IMG/VR virus record: IMGVR_UViG_3300027798_000016
Span: 61,391-125,390 of that record
DNA: 64,000 nucleotides
Origin: a virus
Strand: one strand, 5' to 3'
The notes beneath the pieces were generated by a model. It did no database searches, was not told the DNA's origin, and worked only from the letters and a program-made list of their open reading frames with translations. A program made the translations under genes and the position numbers. Below, one piece after another: positions 1 through 9,848 of the stretch. Numbering within the stretch: the first letter of the stretch is position 1; each line of letters opens with the position of its first letter.

Positions 1-3000
1 ACAGTTGATCCAGCAAATTTATTAACCACATCAGATATTTTTTCAACCAACGGATTTAGCATCTACAACAATTATCAACCCAGCGACCTATGCTGGCAGG
101 AAGGCAACTTGTACAGAGCCAAGGCCAAGATAACCGGCTCATCAACCAGTGTATTTGATTCTACTCAGTGGAACTTACAACCAATTGATGGCAGACTATT
201 GCCAAATGTTTGGGTCAGCGACTATGGCTTTAACATTAATACCAAATACAAAGGCAGTTGGACGGCATCAACATTGTACAATGTTGGCGACATCATTGAT
301 ATAAATGGGTTTTACAATGTTTGTATCAAGCCGCACACCAGTGGCAGTACATTTGTTAACAATAGCATTGCTGAATTAAAAATTACACAAAAAGGTTTAA
401 ATTATCAAGTTGGTGACCTAATCAAATCTGGATCAACCATTGTTGGAAATGTCAGCGCAGTTGTCAATGGCACAATTAAAACTGTCAATGTGGTAGATAC
501 GGTAGGTGGGTACAATCCAGAAACCACAGTGATTGCAGTGGCAGGTGGCAGTGGAACAGCACTATTAAGTGCAACATATAAGAATGATACAATTCAACAA
601 ACCATCACTGGTAGAATTGGAACAGCTAATATGCCAACTGGTATCATTGGATTTGGCAATAACTACACCTTAGATAATACCATTGTAACAGTGAATGGCA
701 CTGGCACTGGTGCACAGATAGTTCCAATCATTGAAGATAACATTTCCAGCGGTACATTTACAAGATACAATGTAATCAAGACCTTTGGTTATTTGAATGC
801 TGGAACAGGTTATGCGGTAGGAGATTTATTAGTTGCACAAAAAGATACAACCTCACAGTCTGCAACGGACGCAGTATTCAGAGTCTCTGAAATTAATGCG
901 TTGACGTCAACACCGTTTGCTGTAAATTATACATCAGGCAATATTGGCCTATTTTCGCAGTCAACTCCACCATTGGTTGCTTGGGTCAGCGGAATTGACC
1001 AGGATAATTTTAAAATTTCAACTGTTGAAAAGGCTAGCATTTTATCTGGTGCCGCTTCATTCTATACAACACTGAAACAGATAGTGCCAACTTTAACAAA
1101 CGCAGATATACAATCATTTTTATCTGACATAATTGACAGCGCCAATAGTGAAATAATTTCATACATTGGAAATAACAATGTGTATCTTGCAGGGCCTGAT
1201 TTTGGTGTTGAGGGCGAATTAAAAAATGTCACAAGTAGCTCATTTGACATTGGTACCAATCGATATACTCGAGGCACACTGGCCAATGCAAATGTAAAAG
1301 TTACTGCCAGGGTAGTTCCTGATCTAATAAGTCAAACAGACTTAGACAAGGAAATTGACAATCTTGTTACATTAATAACCAGTAATGCGGCCTTTGCTGG
1401 ATCAGTAACTACCGCACAAAAAGCACAATTAAAAACAGAACTAGTGTCAATTTTTGATTTAATAATTGCAGTATTTGAAAATATTGAAGACAATGTCGAC
1501 TTGTACAATTACAGCAAATCGCCAATAAGCAGTTTAGCAAATGCAAACAGTATTAAAAAATTAGTAATAATTCCAAACGATGCCACTTTGGCCTTGGGCG
1601 GCCAATCATATGCAACCAGAAGTTATAACCTTGTTAATAAAACAGGAACTGGTGTTGGCGGCTCAATAACTGTTACGGCAGTACAAGATGTAACACTTCC
1701 ATCGCTTGCACGATCACAAAATGGTGTAATCACCGGCTTTACAGTTACAACACCGGGCCAAGGATACACACAAGGTACAACAATATCTGTGACAAGACGA
1801 AACCCATCCAGGGCAACAGCGGTAATTACCAATGGCGTCATAACAGCAATTAATGTACTTCCAAGTGGTCAAGGTAGCAACATTTTAGTGGCTGCTGATA
1901 TTAAAGTTGTTATTAATAGTGGTTCTGGTGCTGGTTTTACATACACTCCAAATATTGTAAATGGAAAGTTGACCAGCGTAACAGTGATCACAGGTGGTAG
2001 TTCTTATAGTGCTAACTCAACAGTGACAATTGTTGATCCGTATTGGACTGATGCAGATTCATCAGATGTAACTGTTGGCTTTTTGGCACCAGTTACTTTA
2101 ACTGTAAACCGAATTGGAGTCATTGATAAAATCAATGTCTTAGATGGCGGAAGTGGCTATACTACAAGTTCAATCATTACAATCACCGATTCAACTAGAT
2201 CCACTGCATTGTTGCCTGCAGTCGCAACAGTCACTGCCACAGCTGGTGGTGCAATCAACAGCGTTGTAATTACAAACTCAAGTGCTGTATTTGATCAGAT
2301 ACCAACGCTGACAGTCACAAGCCAAGCAGGCTCTGGTGCTGAGATTACTGCATCAGTTACATCATATTGGAAATTAAAAACAACTGGTTATGGATGGAAC
2401 ATTCTACAAACATTCAGTCCAATGTATGTTGAAGAAACTTGTCCAAATGCATTAGACACCTCTGCAAATGAAAGCAAGGTTACTTTTGCTGATCCGCATG
2501 GATTACGAGCACAAGACTATATTGTAATGGTTGGAAACAATGACGGAAACTATGACAAAGTTCATAAGGTATTAAAAGTTGTTGACGATTACAACATCTT
2601 AATTCCAGCAAGAAGTAGCTCAGACCAAATTGTTTATAATACTGTTGCATTCAAACTGGCTCCGGTTAAATTTGAGACCATTGCTGAATACAATCAAAGT
2701 AAAACGACTCAAGCATGGCTAAAGGGCATGAGAGCATACATTGACAATACTGGTCAAGGATCTGTGCCATACAACAACAAGTTCACAGTAATTGTGTATG
2801 GCGCAACAGCAAACGATGACTTGGTGATTGAAAGTGAAGCTCGTATGACTGATCCATATGCTATACATAAGGTACAGATACTCGACGAAAAAACTGAAAA
2901 TATACTTGGTACATTAGAAGTGTACGATCCGTTTAAAGGTGCCAGCATCAATGAGATGGCACAATATATTAACCACCGCCAACCAGTTGATCCAGCATCA

Positions 3001-5028
3001 TATAATGTTGATGAACTTGGGGTGTTGAATAAATTTATTACCATGTCATGGGGTAAACAAGACATTGGAAAAACTTGGTGGGATACCAGCAGAGTTCGAT
3101 ACATTGAATATGAACAAGGCTCATTGAGTTATCGTGCAACCAATTGGGGCAAGCAGTTTGCCGACAGTGAAGTCGTAATTTACGAATGGGTTAGTTCAGT
3201 GGAAGAACCAACAATAGATACTCCTGGCCTACGACTAGATGACAGCAGTGGCATAGAACAATTACGATATTCAATCATTGAAGAGCCACAACCAAACGGT
3301 GGCAAAATTGCAACATATTACTACTGGCAACGAGGCGTAGCCAAACTGCCAACAAACATGGATCGACCATACACCTCTGCATCAATTGAATTTGTTTTAA
3401 ATGATCCAGATGCCAATGGCATTGCATGGATGAGTCCAATACAAGTAACATATGATGCAACTGGTGCAACATCGGCCAGTATCATGATTGCAAACATCAG
3501 TAAATTCTTTAGCGGTCGAGACAAAGTAATTCTAAGAATTGAACAGAATAAGAAACCAGAACAAAAACACAATACTGGTATACTGTTAACAGAAGGAATG
3601 GCAGGCAGTGTGATTCCAGATTATCCAGTGACCAGATTGCGTGACAGTTTGGTTGGATATGACAATTACAGAATGTTGCATGATGTAAGACAATTTGTTG
3701 TTGGACAAAGCTATGCGCCTGGCGAACTAATCACAACAATAGATCCTACCAGCATAGATTTTACATACACTAATGCATACGGTGGACTTGATATTCCAGT
3801 GCTACCAACAATCAATGCCAACAGAGAAGAAGTTCAATTTGTCTGGCAGGATGATGGATCTGCATCGTTTGGAGTATTCCGAGTGACTCGAGGCTTCAGC
3901 AATGCAACATCATTTGATAGTATTGTTAATAACCTTGCAAGATTTCAAACAGCATTGGTAAAAAATGTGCTGGAAGAAAACAAATACTATGCAGTTATTG
4001 TCAAGTCTAGACAAGTTCCGGATATCAATTTACATCCGTTGAGAAGATACGGCAATGAATATAGTCCGTTGCCACAAAGCTGGTATAAGAATTTGCAAGA
4101 TGCCCGTAGAACTTTTGTTGATGTTGTCAATGATAAATTGGCACAAGTGAATGCTGTTGATAAATTTGAATGGGACAAATATCTAAGAATTTGGCAACCA
4201 TTGCTTGGATCAAAAGCACTGGATGTAACTCAATACTGGTACTATGTAGATTACAAAGTAGATGATTATTCTCCGGGCAACGAAGAAATTAGAATTCGTT
4301 CGTTTACAGAATTGCTAAACTATGTGAATCCAACAAAGTTTGCCTTGGTTGACAGCGATAACAATATTCAATCTGTTTATAGAGTTGACAATTTAGATAC
4401 CAATCAGTTTACTCTATTGTACAAGAAGAATGGTACTATACAATTCTATCCAATTTGGCGTACCAGCGGATGGGATGTCAAAGAGTGGGATGGTTATCCA
4501 TGGGACGAAGGATTCACTGATATTTTTGCAATAATACTAAAAGCTCTCAGAGAAAATATCTTTGTTGGCGATGCTGTTGGTTATTTCAATCTGGTGTTCT
4601 TTGCAACGGTCAAAGAAGCATTGGTACAAGATCCATTGGCAGATTGGATATTTAAAACTACCTATCTGACCTTTGACTCAACCAGCAACAATGACCTGGC
4701 ACAAGTACCAATTTACTATGACAAGAAAGATACGCTGATTAAAAAATACATCACTGAAGTTAAACCTTTCCACAGTGAAATGTTAGATCGCGGCACAGTC
4801 AATAAGTCATTGCAACAAGTGGCAGTTACTTTAGATGAAAACCTAGAGTTAACAATAGTAGAAAAGAACATCATTGGTGTTGAGCCTGGCTATATTCGAC
4901 AGATTGATCGTAGACGAAATGGTACTCCGGAGCCAGTCATCACATACGATAAACTATCAACCGAGGATCTCCGTCCATTATTGATAAACATTACAACGAT
5001 TACACAAGTATTAGTTGATGAAGATTAA
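1..5028 (+). CDS. Very large virion structural protein (baseplate wedge/tail-associated), 5'-truncated by the window edge
   Basis: Frame 1 is open from base 1 (TVDPANLLTT...) through the 1639-aa ORF. Repeated G-x-G-Y-T beta-rich units; C-terminal WWD/YEW/YYYW and EVKPFH segments resemble jumbo-phage baseplate proteins. Confidence 0.7.
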   Translation, partial: TVDPANLLTTSDIFSTNGFSIYNNYQPSDLCWQEGNLYRAKAKITGSSTSVFDSTQWNLQPIDGRLLPNVWVSDYGFNINTKYKGSWTASTLYNVGDIIDINGFYNVCIKPHTSGSTFVNNSIAELKITQKGLNYQVGDLIKSGSTIVGNVSAVVNGTIKTVNVVDTVGGYNPETTVIAVAGGSGTALLSATYKNDTIQQTITGRIGTANMPTGIIGFGNNYTLDNTIVTVNGTGTGAQIVPIIEDNISSGTFTRYNVIKTFGYLNAGTGYAVGDLLVAQKDTTSQSATDAVFRVSEINALTSTPFAVNYTSGNIGLFSQSTPPLVAWVSGIDQDNFKISTVEKASILSGAASFYTTLKQIVPTLTNADIQSFLSDIIDSANSEIISYIGNNNVYLAGPDFGVEGELKNVTSSSFDIGTNRYTRGTLANANVKVTARVVPDLISQTDLDKEIDNLVTLITSNAAFAGSVTTAQKAQLKTELVSIFDLIIAVFENIEDNVDLYNYSKSPISSLANANSIKKLVIIPNDATLALGGQSYATRSYNLVNKTGTGVGGSITVTAVQDVTLPSLARSQNGVITGFTVTTPGQGYTQGTTISVTRRNPSRATAVITNGVITAINVLPSGQGSNILVAADIKVVINSGSGAGFTYTPNIVNGKLTSVTVITGGSSYSANSTVTIVDPYWTDADSSDVTVGFLAPVTLTVNRIGVIDKINVLDGGSGYTTSSIITITDSTRSTALLPAVATVTATAGGAINSVVITNSSAVFDQIPTLTVTSQAGSGAEITASVTSYWKLKTTGYGWNILQTFSPMYVEETCPNALDTSANESKVTFADPHGLRAQDYIVMVGNNDGNYDKVHKVLKVVDDYNILIPARSSSDQIVYNTVAFKLAPVKFETIAEYNQSKTTQAWLKGMRAYIDNTGQGSVPYNNKFTVIVYGATANDDLVIESEARMTDPYAIHKVQILDEKTENILGTLEVYDPFKGASINEMAQYINHRQPVDPASYNVDELGVLNKFITMSWGKQDIGKTWWDTSRVRYIEYEQGSLSYRATNWGKQFADSEVVIYEWVSSVEEPTIDTPGLRLDDSSGIEQLRYSIIEEPQPNGGKIATYYYWQRGVAKLPTNMDRPYTSASIEFVLNDPDANGIAWMSPIQVTYDATGATSASIMIANISKFFSGRDKVILRIEQNKKPEQKHNTGILLTEGMAGSVIPDYPVTRLRDSLVGYDNYRMLHDVRQFVVGQSYAPGELITTIDPTSIDFTYTNAYGGLDIPVLPTINANREEVQFVWQDDGSASFGVFRVTRGFSNATSFDSIVNNLARFQTALVKNVLEENKYYAVIVKSRQVPDINLHPLRRYGNEYSPLPQSWYKNLQDARRTFVDVVNDKLAQVNAVDKFEWDKYLRIWQPLLGSKALDVTQYWYYVDYKVDDYSPGNEEIRIRSFTELLNYVNPTKFALVDSDNNIQSVYRVDNLDTNQFTLLYKKNGTIQFYPIWRTSGWDVKEWDGYPWDEGFTDIFAIILKALRENIFVGDAVGYFNLVFFATVKEALVQDPLADWIFKTTYLTFDSTSNNDLAQVPIYYDKKDTLIKKYITEVKPFHSEMLDRGTVNKSLQQVAVTLDENLELTIVEKNIIGVEPGYIRQIDRRRNGTPEPVITYDKLSTEDLRPLLINITTITQVLVDED

Positions 5029-5049
5029 AGCGGGTTATAAAAAAATAAC

Positions 5050-5055
5050 TAAATA
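5050..5055 (+). promoter_or_regulatory. Late-promoter-like TAAATA, 5 nt before ATG
   Basis: cTAAATAttgatATG; resembles the T4-type late promoter core TATAAATA. Confidence 0.55.
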
Positions 5056-5060
5056 TTGAT

Positions 5061-5687
5061 ATGAATATACAAGAGTTACCAATCAGCATAGAAACTTTTA
5101 TTACGATAAAAGACTTAAACACCGGTAAGATTCTGGTAGAAGGCTCAAATGCTATCCACCAGGAAAATATGAGTGTGGCGCTGTCGCTTGCATTGGCAAG
5201 AAGTGCCGGATCATTTATCAGTGAAATGCACTTTGGTTGTGGAGCCGCCATCATTGCAACAGATGGCACAGTAACTTATAGAAAACCAAATATTGTTGGT
5301 ATAGGTGCAGATTTGTACACTCCAACTTATTTCAGGGTAGTTGACGACAGTGATATCAATAGAATGGAAGAATCATCTGATGGTGTAGTTATTCAGCACA
5401 ATGTTGGATCAAATTATTCTGATACAATTGTAACTGCTACGCTTGCAAATGATGAACCATTGGCAGTAGATAGCACATATAACACATTTGATTCAACAAG
5501 TTCAAGCTTGGATGCAACCACAATATACGATGGCGAATTTGAGTTCAATGAAATAGGTTTAAAGACCAAAGGGGACACTGGATTAAATTCAGGTACCTTG
5601 CTTTCGCATTTTATCTTTCACCCGGTGCAAAAAAATGCAGACCAAACAATTCAAATTGTTTACACCCTCAGAGTCAGGGCTGGTTAA
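5061..5687 (+). CDS. Virion structural protein (baseplate/tail-fibre attachment type)
   Basis: 208 aa; N-terminal NAIH, C-terminal FNEIGL...HFIFHPVQK...IVYTLRV; lies in the structural module. Confidence 0.6.
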   Translation: MNIQELPISIETFITIKDLNTGKILVEGSNAIHQENMSVALSLALARSAGSFISEMHFGCGAAIIATDGTVTYRKPNIVGIGADLYTPTYFRVVDDSDINRMEESSDGVVIQHNVGSNYSDTIVTATLANDEPLAVDSTYNTFDSTSSSLDATTIYDGEFEFNEIGLKTKGDTGLNSGTLLSHFIFHPVQKNADQTIQIVYTLRVRAG

Positions 5688-5737
5688 TGGATAAAACTAA
5701 ATAGCATAATGGCAAATTAGCCAAAAGGATAAAAGAA

Positions 5738-6751
5738 ATGGCATACAATGTAACTAAAAGTGACGAAATGACACCACTGGTAACGCTACTAGACGGTGAA
5801 ATTGACACTACATCAACTGACCTAGTATTACTTGGTAAAAACTACCTGGGATACGGTGAAATTATTGCTGAAAACTTTGCCCGCCATATTGAAAACTTTG
5901 CAGGTAAAGCAAGAGGCGAGTTAAATTCGCTCAACGGTCAACTATACTTCAACAGGGACCCTGCAATGACACTGGCAGTTCCAATGTTGACAGGAACTCT
6001 TCCACCAACATTACAATTGCATGTTGGTCCAGACTATCGCAACCGTCCAGAAGATTGGATGAACATCACAGCATTTAGCGATGGCAACGGAATTTTTGAA
6101 GTAGATATTAAAGATGCAATTCCAAATACACCGCCCCACAAGTGTATAAAGATTATGGTTAAGAATGTGTTAGTTGCAATTTTAAGTGTAGATGCAGATT
6201 TTGTTCCAGCCAGCACTGAAGGACTAGCTGTATTTTGCGGCGGAACTGTTGGCTCTCCCAATGTAGACGACGGTGACTACAACGATGCAGGAACAATTGG
6301 TCGCGGATTGAACTTGAATTCAAGTCAGGACTTTAAAATTCGCGGCGTTGCAGTTGAAGCTGAGTTTGCTGACGTTGCAGAAATTTATGTTGGCGATGCA
6401 ACTTATGAAGCTGGTACTTTAGTAAGCCTAGGTGGCGAAGCAGAAGTTACACAAACCACCAGCATTGCTGATACCAATGTGTTTGGTATTGTTTCATCGC
6501 GTCCTGCTTACTTGATGAATACTAGAAAGAAGAATGCTAAAAATGCATTGGCCATTGCTGTGGCTGGTCGTATTCCAGTAAAAGTCAAAGGCAAAGTAAA
6601 TCGCGGCGACAGATTGACTGCTAGTGATGTTCCGGGTGTTGCACAAGCGGCATCAGTTGACTCTCCAGCATGGAGCATAGTTGGTCGCAGTTTGGCTAAT
6701 TTTGATGGCGCAGGAATTGGTAAAGTTGAAGCAACAGTTGGAGTAAGATAA
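5738..6751 (+). CDS. Tail fibre/baseplate protein with C-terminal intramolecular-chaperone (peptidase G2-like) domain
   Basis: N-terminal MAYNVTKSD...LVLLGKNYLGYGE..ENF; C-terminal ADVAEIY...GTLVSLGG..EV...GIVS..PAYLMN...GRIPVKV; SD aagga upstream. Confidence 0.65.
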   Translation: MAYNVTKSDEMTPLVTLLDGEIDTTSTDLVLLGKNYLGYGEIIAENFARHIENFAGKARGELNSLNGQLYFNRDPAMTLAVPMLTGTLPPTLQLHVGPDYRNRPEDWMNITAFSDGNGIFEVDIKDAIPNTPPHKCIKIMVKNVLVAILSVDADFVPASTEGLAVFCGGTVGSPNVDDGDYNDAGTIGRGLNLNSSQDFKIRGVAVEAEFADVAEIYVGDATYEAGTLVSLGGEAEVTQTTSIADTNVFGIVSSRPAYLMNTRKKNAKNALAIAVAGRIPVKVKGKVNRGDRLTASDVPGVAQAASVDSPAWSIVGRSLANFDGAGIGKVEATVGVR

Positions 6752-7875
6752 TGTCAGTCAGCCGCAAAGATAAAATCACAGCGGATTACATTAACTCACT
6801 TACAGAATCTGTAAACGAGTTATTTGGTGATACGCATGATAATCAAGGTCCAAGCAATGACGCATCGGTACAAGATGCAATCCGTTGGGGCTGGGGCGGC
6901 CAAAATGTTGACAATGTACAACGCGGTGAAAAAATTACCGCAGATAAGACAAATGAAATTGTTGATCGCATCAACATCAGCACCTTAAGAACAAACAGCA
7001 GTGACATTGAATTAGTGGTTGTTGCTCGTGGAGAGAAAGTCACAGCTGACTTTTTTAATTCAGCCGAGTCATTATTAAATGGTGCCCGCAACTTGCGTAA
7101 TGCAGTTGATCCAGCATATACTACCATCAGTTCATTGGGAACATATTCAAAAGATATCAATTGGTCCAACCAGTTAGACAGCATCGTTGAGTTAGATTTT
7201 AGCGGTTATGAAAGTGCTCGGCACTTTTTTAATGCCGGCGGCGATATCCGTGTAGCATACAGTATTACAGGTGGATATGGTTGTGGTTACCATACATGGA
7301 GAACCATATTCATTGATATGGGCACTATTAAAATTAATGTTGAAGATACTGCAAGTTTGAATAATCGAGGAATTAGCCAGACTCTGGGCTTTAGTGAATT
7401 AACATCTAATGAAAAATTACTCTACACTAGCCCTGCCGGCGGTGGCGGCGGAGGTTATGGTGGTTATGGTGGTTATGGTGGTTATGGAGGCTATGGCGGA
7501 TATGGCGGATATGGCGGATATGGAGGATATGGAGGCTATGGAGAGGACTGTAACGGTGGCGGCGGCGGATACGGAGGCTATGGCGGATACGGAGGCTATG
7601 GCGGTTATGGTGGGTATGGCGGATACGGAGGTTATGGCGGTTATGGTGGGTATGGCGGCTATGCTTCGAGCCGTTTGAAACTGTTTGGTACCATCAACGG
7701 GCAAAACTTAGAAATTAGGTCGTTGTTAGATAATGCCGGACTTGGCATTATGGTTAGAGGTTCAGTTGCAATGACTGTTACTATGACACATCCAAGTACT
7801 ATTAGCGAACGCTCAGTAACTTTGGAATTACCAACGCCTGTAAGTCAGTTGACTCAAGACTGGCAAGAACTTTAA
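6751..7875 (+). CDS. Virion structural protein carrying a (GGY)21 low-complexity insert
   Basis: 374 aa; three K(I/V)TAD repeats, WGWGGQ and ARHFFNAGG motifs; coupled to the upstream gene by TAATG overlap. Confidence 0.65.
   Translation: MSVSRKDKITADYINSLTESVNELFGDTHDNQGPSNDASVQDAIRWGWGGQNVDNVQRGEKITADKTNEIVDRINISTLRTNSSDIELVVVARGEKVTADFFNSAESLLNGARNLRNAVDPAYTTISSLGTYSKDINWSNQLDSIVELDFSGYESARHFFNAGGDIRVAYSITGGYGCGYHTWRTIFIDMGTIKINVEDTASLNNRGISQTLGFSELTSNEKLLYTSPAGGGGGGYGGYGGYGGYGGYGGYGGYGGYGGYGGYGEDCNGGGGGYGGYGGYGGYGGYGGYGGYGGYGGYGGYGGYASSRLKLFGTINGQNLEIRSLLDNAGLGIMVRGSVAMTVTMTHPSTISERSVTLELPTPVSQLTQDWQEL
7438..7662 (+). repeat. In-frame 9-bp degenerate repeat encoding G-rich-(GGY)10-GEDCN-GGG-(GGY)11
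   Basis: Read directly from the sequence; glycine codons vary (ggt/ggc/gga/ggg) and Tyr uses tat and tac. Confidence 0.95.
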
Positions 7876-7889
7876 ACGGTTAATCGGTC

Positions 7890-7921
7890 GCAAACGCATC
7901 TATAAATAGTATTGCGTTTGC
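7890..7921 (+). promoter_or_regulatory. TATAAATA late-promoter consensus inside a 9-bp inverted repeat
   Basis: GCAAACGCA-tcTATAAATAgtat-TGCGTTTGC. Confidence 0.6.
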
Positions 7922-7953
7922 TAACCAATGGCAACAATTCAAAGGTTAAAAAT

Positions 7954-8358
7954 ATGAAAAAAATAATAGTTTCGCTTTTAGCTTTGAGTATGCTAAGTGG
8001 TTGTGCTCTAATTGATGCATACTTAATGACCAAGTTTGACTCTGCCGAATATGGTTTAATTACTACAATTCGGTCCGAAGCACAACAATTCAAATCACAA
8101 TGTGACAATGCACAGGTTAGCAAGGATAACGCAGTTAAGTTGTCAAACAATACTAGAACTTTTGAGTTATACAGCGAAAACATTCCCCGCAATGAAAATA
8201 GCTATAAGGCATCAAAATCATTGAATGAAATTGCACAAGGATTAACAGTTCGATATCAAACTGGTCCAGTGAGTGTGGCATTTTGCAAGATCAAGTTTGA
8301 AAGTATTGAAAACAGCGCAACAGTTATTCAACATACACTAGGAAATAGACCAAGATGA
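7954..8358 (+). CDS. Predicted lipoprotein
   Basis: MKKIIVSLLALSMLSG-C signal peptide with lipobox; start moved to ATG 7954 (aagg upstream). Confidence 0.75.
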   Translation: MKKIIVSLLALSMLSGCALIDAYLMTKFDSAEYGLITTIRSEAQQFKSQCDNAQVSKDNAVKLSNNTRTFELYSENIPRNENSYKASKSLNEIAQGLTVRYQTGPVSVAFCKIKFESIENSATVIQHTLGNRPR

Positions 8359-8612
8359 ACTTAGATGAAATCAGTCAAGCATTGGCAGAACTTGCCAATT
8401 GCGGAGACCCAGTATTTGCCAAAGCGGCAGAGCAAGTCAAGCAACAAACTCAGCAGACACTTATGGGACAACTGAGCAAAGAAGAATTGTGTGAAATACT
8501 AAGCGACATGCAAAGACAGTTGGATATTATCCAAGAGATGAATCAACTGGCTTTTAAAGAAAAGCTCAATGCTGTTATCACTGGAATAATTGCAATTGCC
8601 AGTGCAGTCTAA
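8355..8612 (+). CDS. Hypothetical helical protein with hydrophobic C-terminus
   Basis: 85 aa; ATGA overlap with the lipoprotein gene. Confidence 0.6.
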   Translation: MNLDEISQALAELANCGDPVFAKAAEQVKQQTQQTLMGQLSKEELCEILSDMQRQLDIIQEMNQLAFKEKLNAVITGIIAIASAV

Positions 8613-8619
8613 GAAGTGA

Positions 8620-8967
8620 TTGATGGATAAAAAATTAGAAGATGCATTGGCTTTTGCCAATTATCGATTAACTTTACAGGTTCAACGGCAAAACATCAAT
8701 GCCCAAATTGAAGCGGCACTTTTGGTGTCACATCAAAGTGCGATCTTTAAATCTACGCAAGAGCTAATAGCGTTTGTTGGTATCAAGACAATCCGCAATG
8801 AGAAAGTTTTTGTTGAAGACCACAGTGGCAACGTCATAACAATTGATGATGCCAACGAATTTCTAAATGTTCTGATTCAGGCTTATGATTCAGCCATGGA
8901 AACAAAACAAATTGAACAGAAAAAGCTGAAGTCAGCAAGGTCTACTGCAAAAATTGTAGGACTATAA
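8620..8967 (+). CDS. Hypothetical protein
   Basis: 115-aa ORF in the operon. Confidence 0.65.
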   Translation: MMDKKLEDALAFANYRLTLQVQRQNINAQIEAALLVSHQSAIFKSTQELIAFVGIKTIRNEKVFVEDHSGNVITIDDANEFLNVLIQAYDSAMETKQIEQKKLKSARSTAKIVGL

Positions 8968-8969
8968 TC

Positions 8970-9848
8970 ATGAGCACCAAGGGATTCATGATGTTTGCTT
9001 ACAACAATGAGCAGTTGGATTATACGCAGTTAGCAATTGTTGCCGCGTATGCTGTTAAAAAATTCATGCCAGAGTATCCAGTGGTACTGGTTACCAATCA
9101 GCAAAGCATGGAGCATTGTAAACAAACACATGGCATTGATATTATGAACGCCGCGTTTGACGACATTATATTAACCAATCCTGAATACGAAAGAAACATG
9201 CGTTTGCACCATGACGGTGCTTACCACAGCTTCAACGCACAATTTACCAACACCAACAAGCACGACATTTATAATCTAAGTCCATTTGATGAAACTATTT
9301 TAATTGACACAGATTATATATGTGGCAACAATAATTTGGCCAAGCTGTTTGGTGGTCAGAATGATGTGGCCATGTACAGAGATGCTAGAAATTTAAGAAT
9401 GGAAGAACCATACACCACAGAACGCTGGTTGCACTATGCTGGTATTCGTATGTGGTGGTCAACTGTGGTATACTGGCGCAAGAGTGAAGAAGCAGAACAT
9501 TTTTTTAGTGTTTGGTCAGCAGTAAAACAAAATTGGGAATACTATCGCTTCTTATACAAGTTCCCAGGCACATTGTATCGCACAGATTATTCAGCCAGCA
9601 TTGCGGCTCACATGTGTGATGGTTGGTCAGATGGCGGCTTCATTGGACAAATTCCATATTATCTTAGATACCAAGACCAGCGAGATGACATTGTTGAAGT
9701 AGTTGATTCAAACCGCTGGATCATGTTAAGCAATCTACCAGAAGAGTGGAAAAATATGGTGGTTGAAGTGGTTGGCGAAGATCTGCATTTAATGAACAAG
9801 AAAAGCATCATCCGCAACTACGATAGAATCATGGAAGTGTTGGCATGA
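8970..9848 (+). CDS. GT-A fold nucleotide-diphospho-sugar transferase-like protein
   Basis: KGFMMFAYN start, YNLSPFDETILIDTD (DxD), WWSTVVYWRKS, YRTDYS. Confidence 0.65.
   Translation: MSTKGFMMFAYNNEQLDYTQLAIVAAYAVKKFMPEYPVVLVTNQQSMEHCKQTHGIDIMNAAFDDIILTNPEYERNMRLHHDGAYHSFNAQFTNTNKHDIYNLSPFDETILIDTDYICGNNNLAKLFGGQNDVAMYRDARNLRMEEPYTTERWLHYAGIRMWWSTVVYWRKSEEAEHFFSVWSAVKQNWEYYRFLYKFPGTLYRTDYSASIAAHMCDGWSDGGFIGQIPYYLRYQDQRDDIVEVVDSNRWIMLSNLPEEWKNMVVEVVGEDLHLMNKKSIIRNYDRIMEVLA

Noticed and set aside
7438-7662. Tandem repeat as a CRISPR array or non-coding satellite
   Set aside because: 9-bp degenerate units with no spacers, in frame within a CDS, varying mainly at third codon positions
7409-7704. 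Alternative-frame ORFs over the GGY repeat (MVV/MAD and ISA/ITT repeats)
   Set aside because: Expected by-products of a stop-free repeat; no start signals
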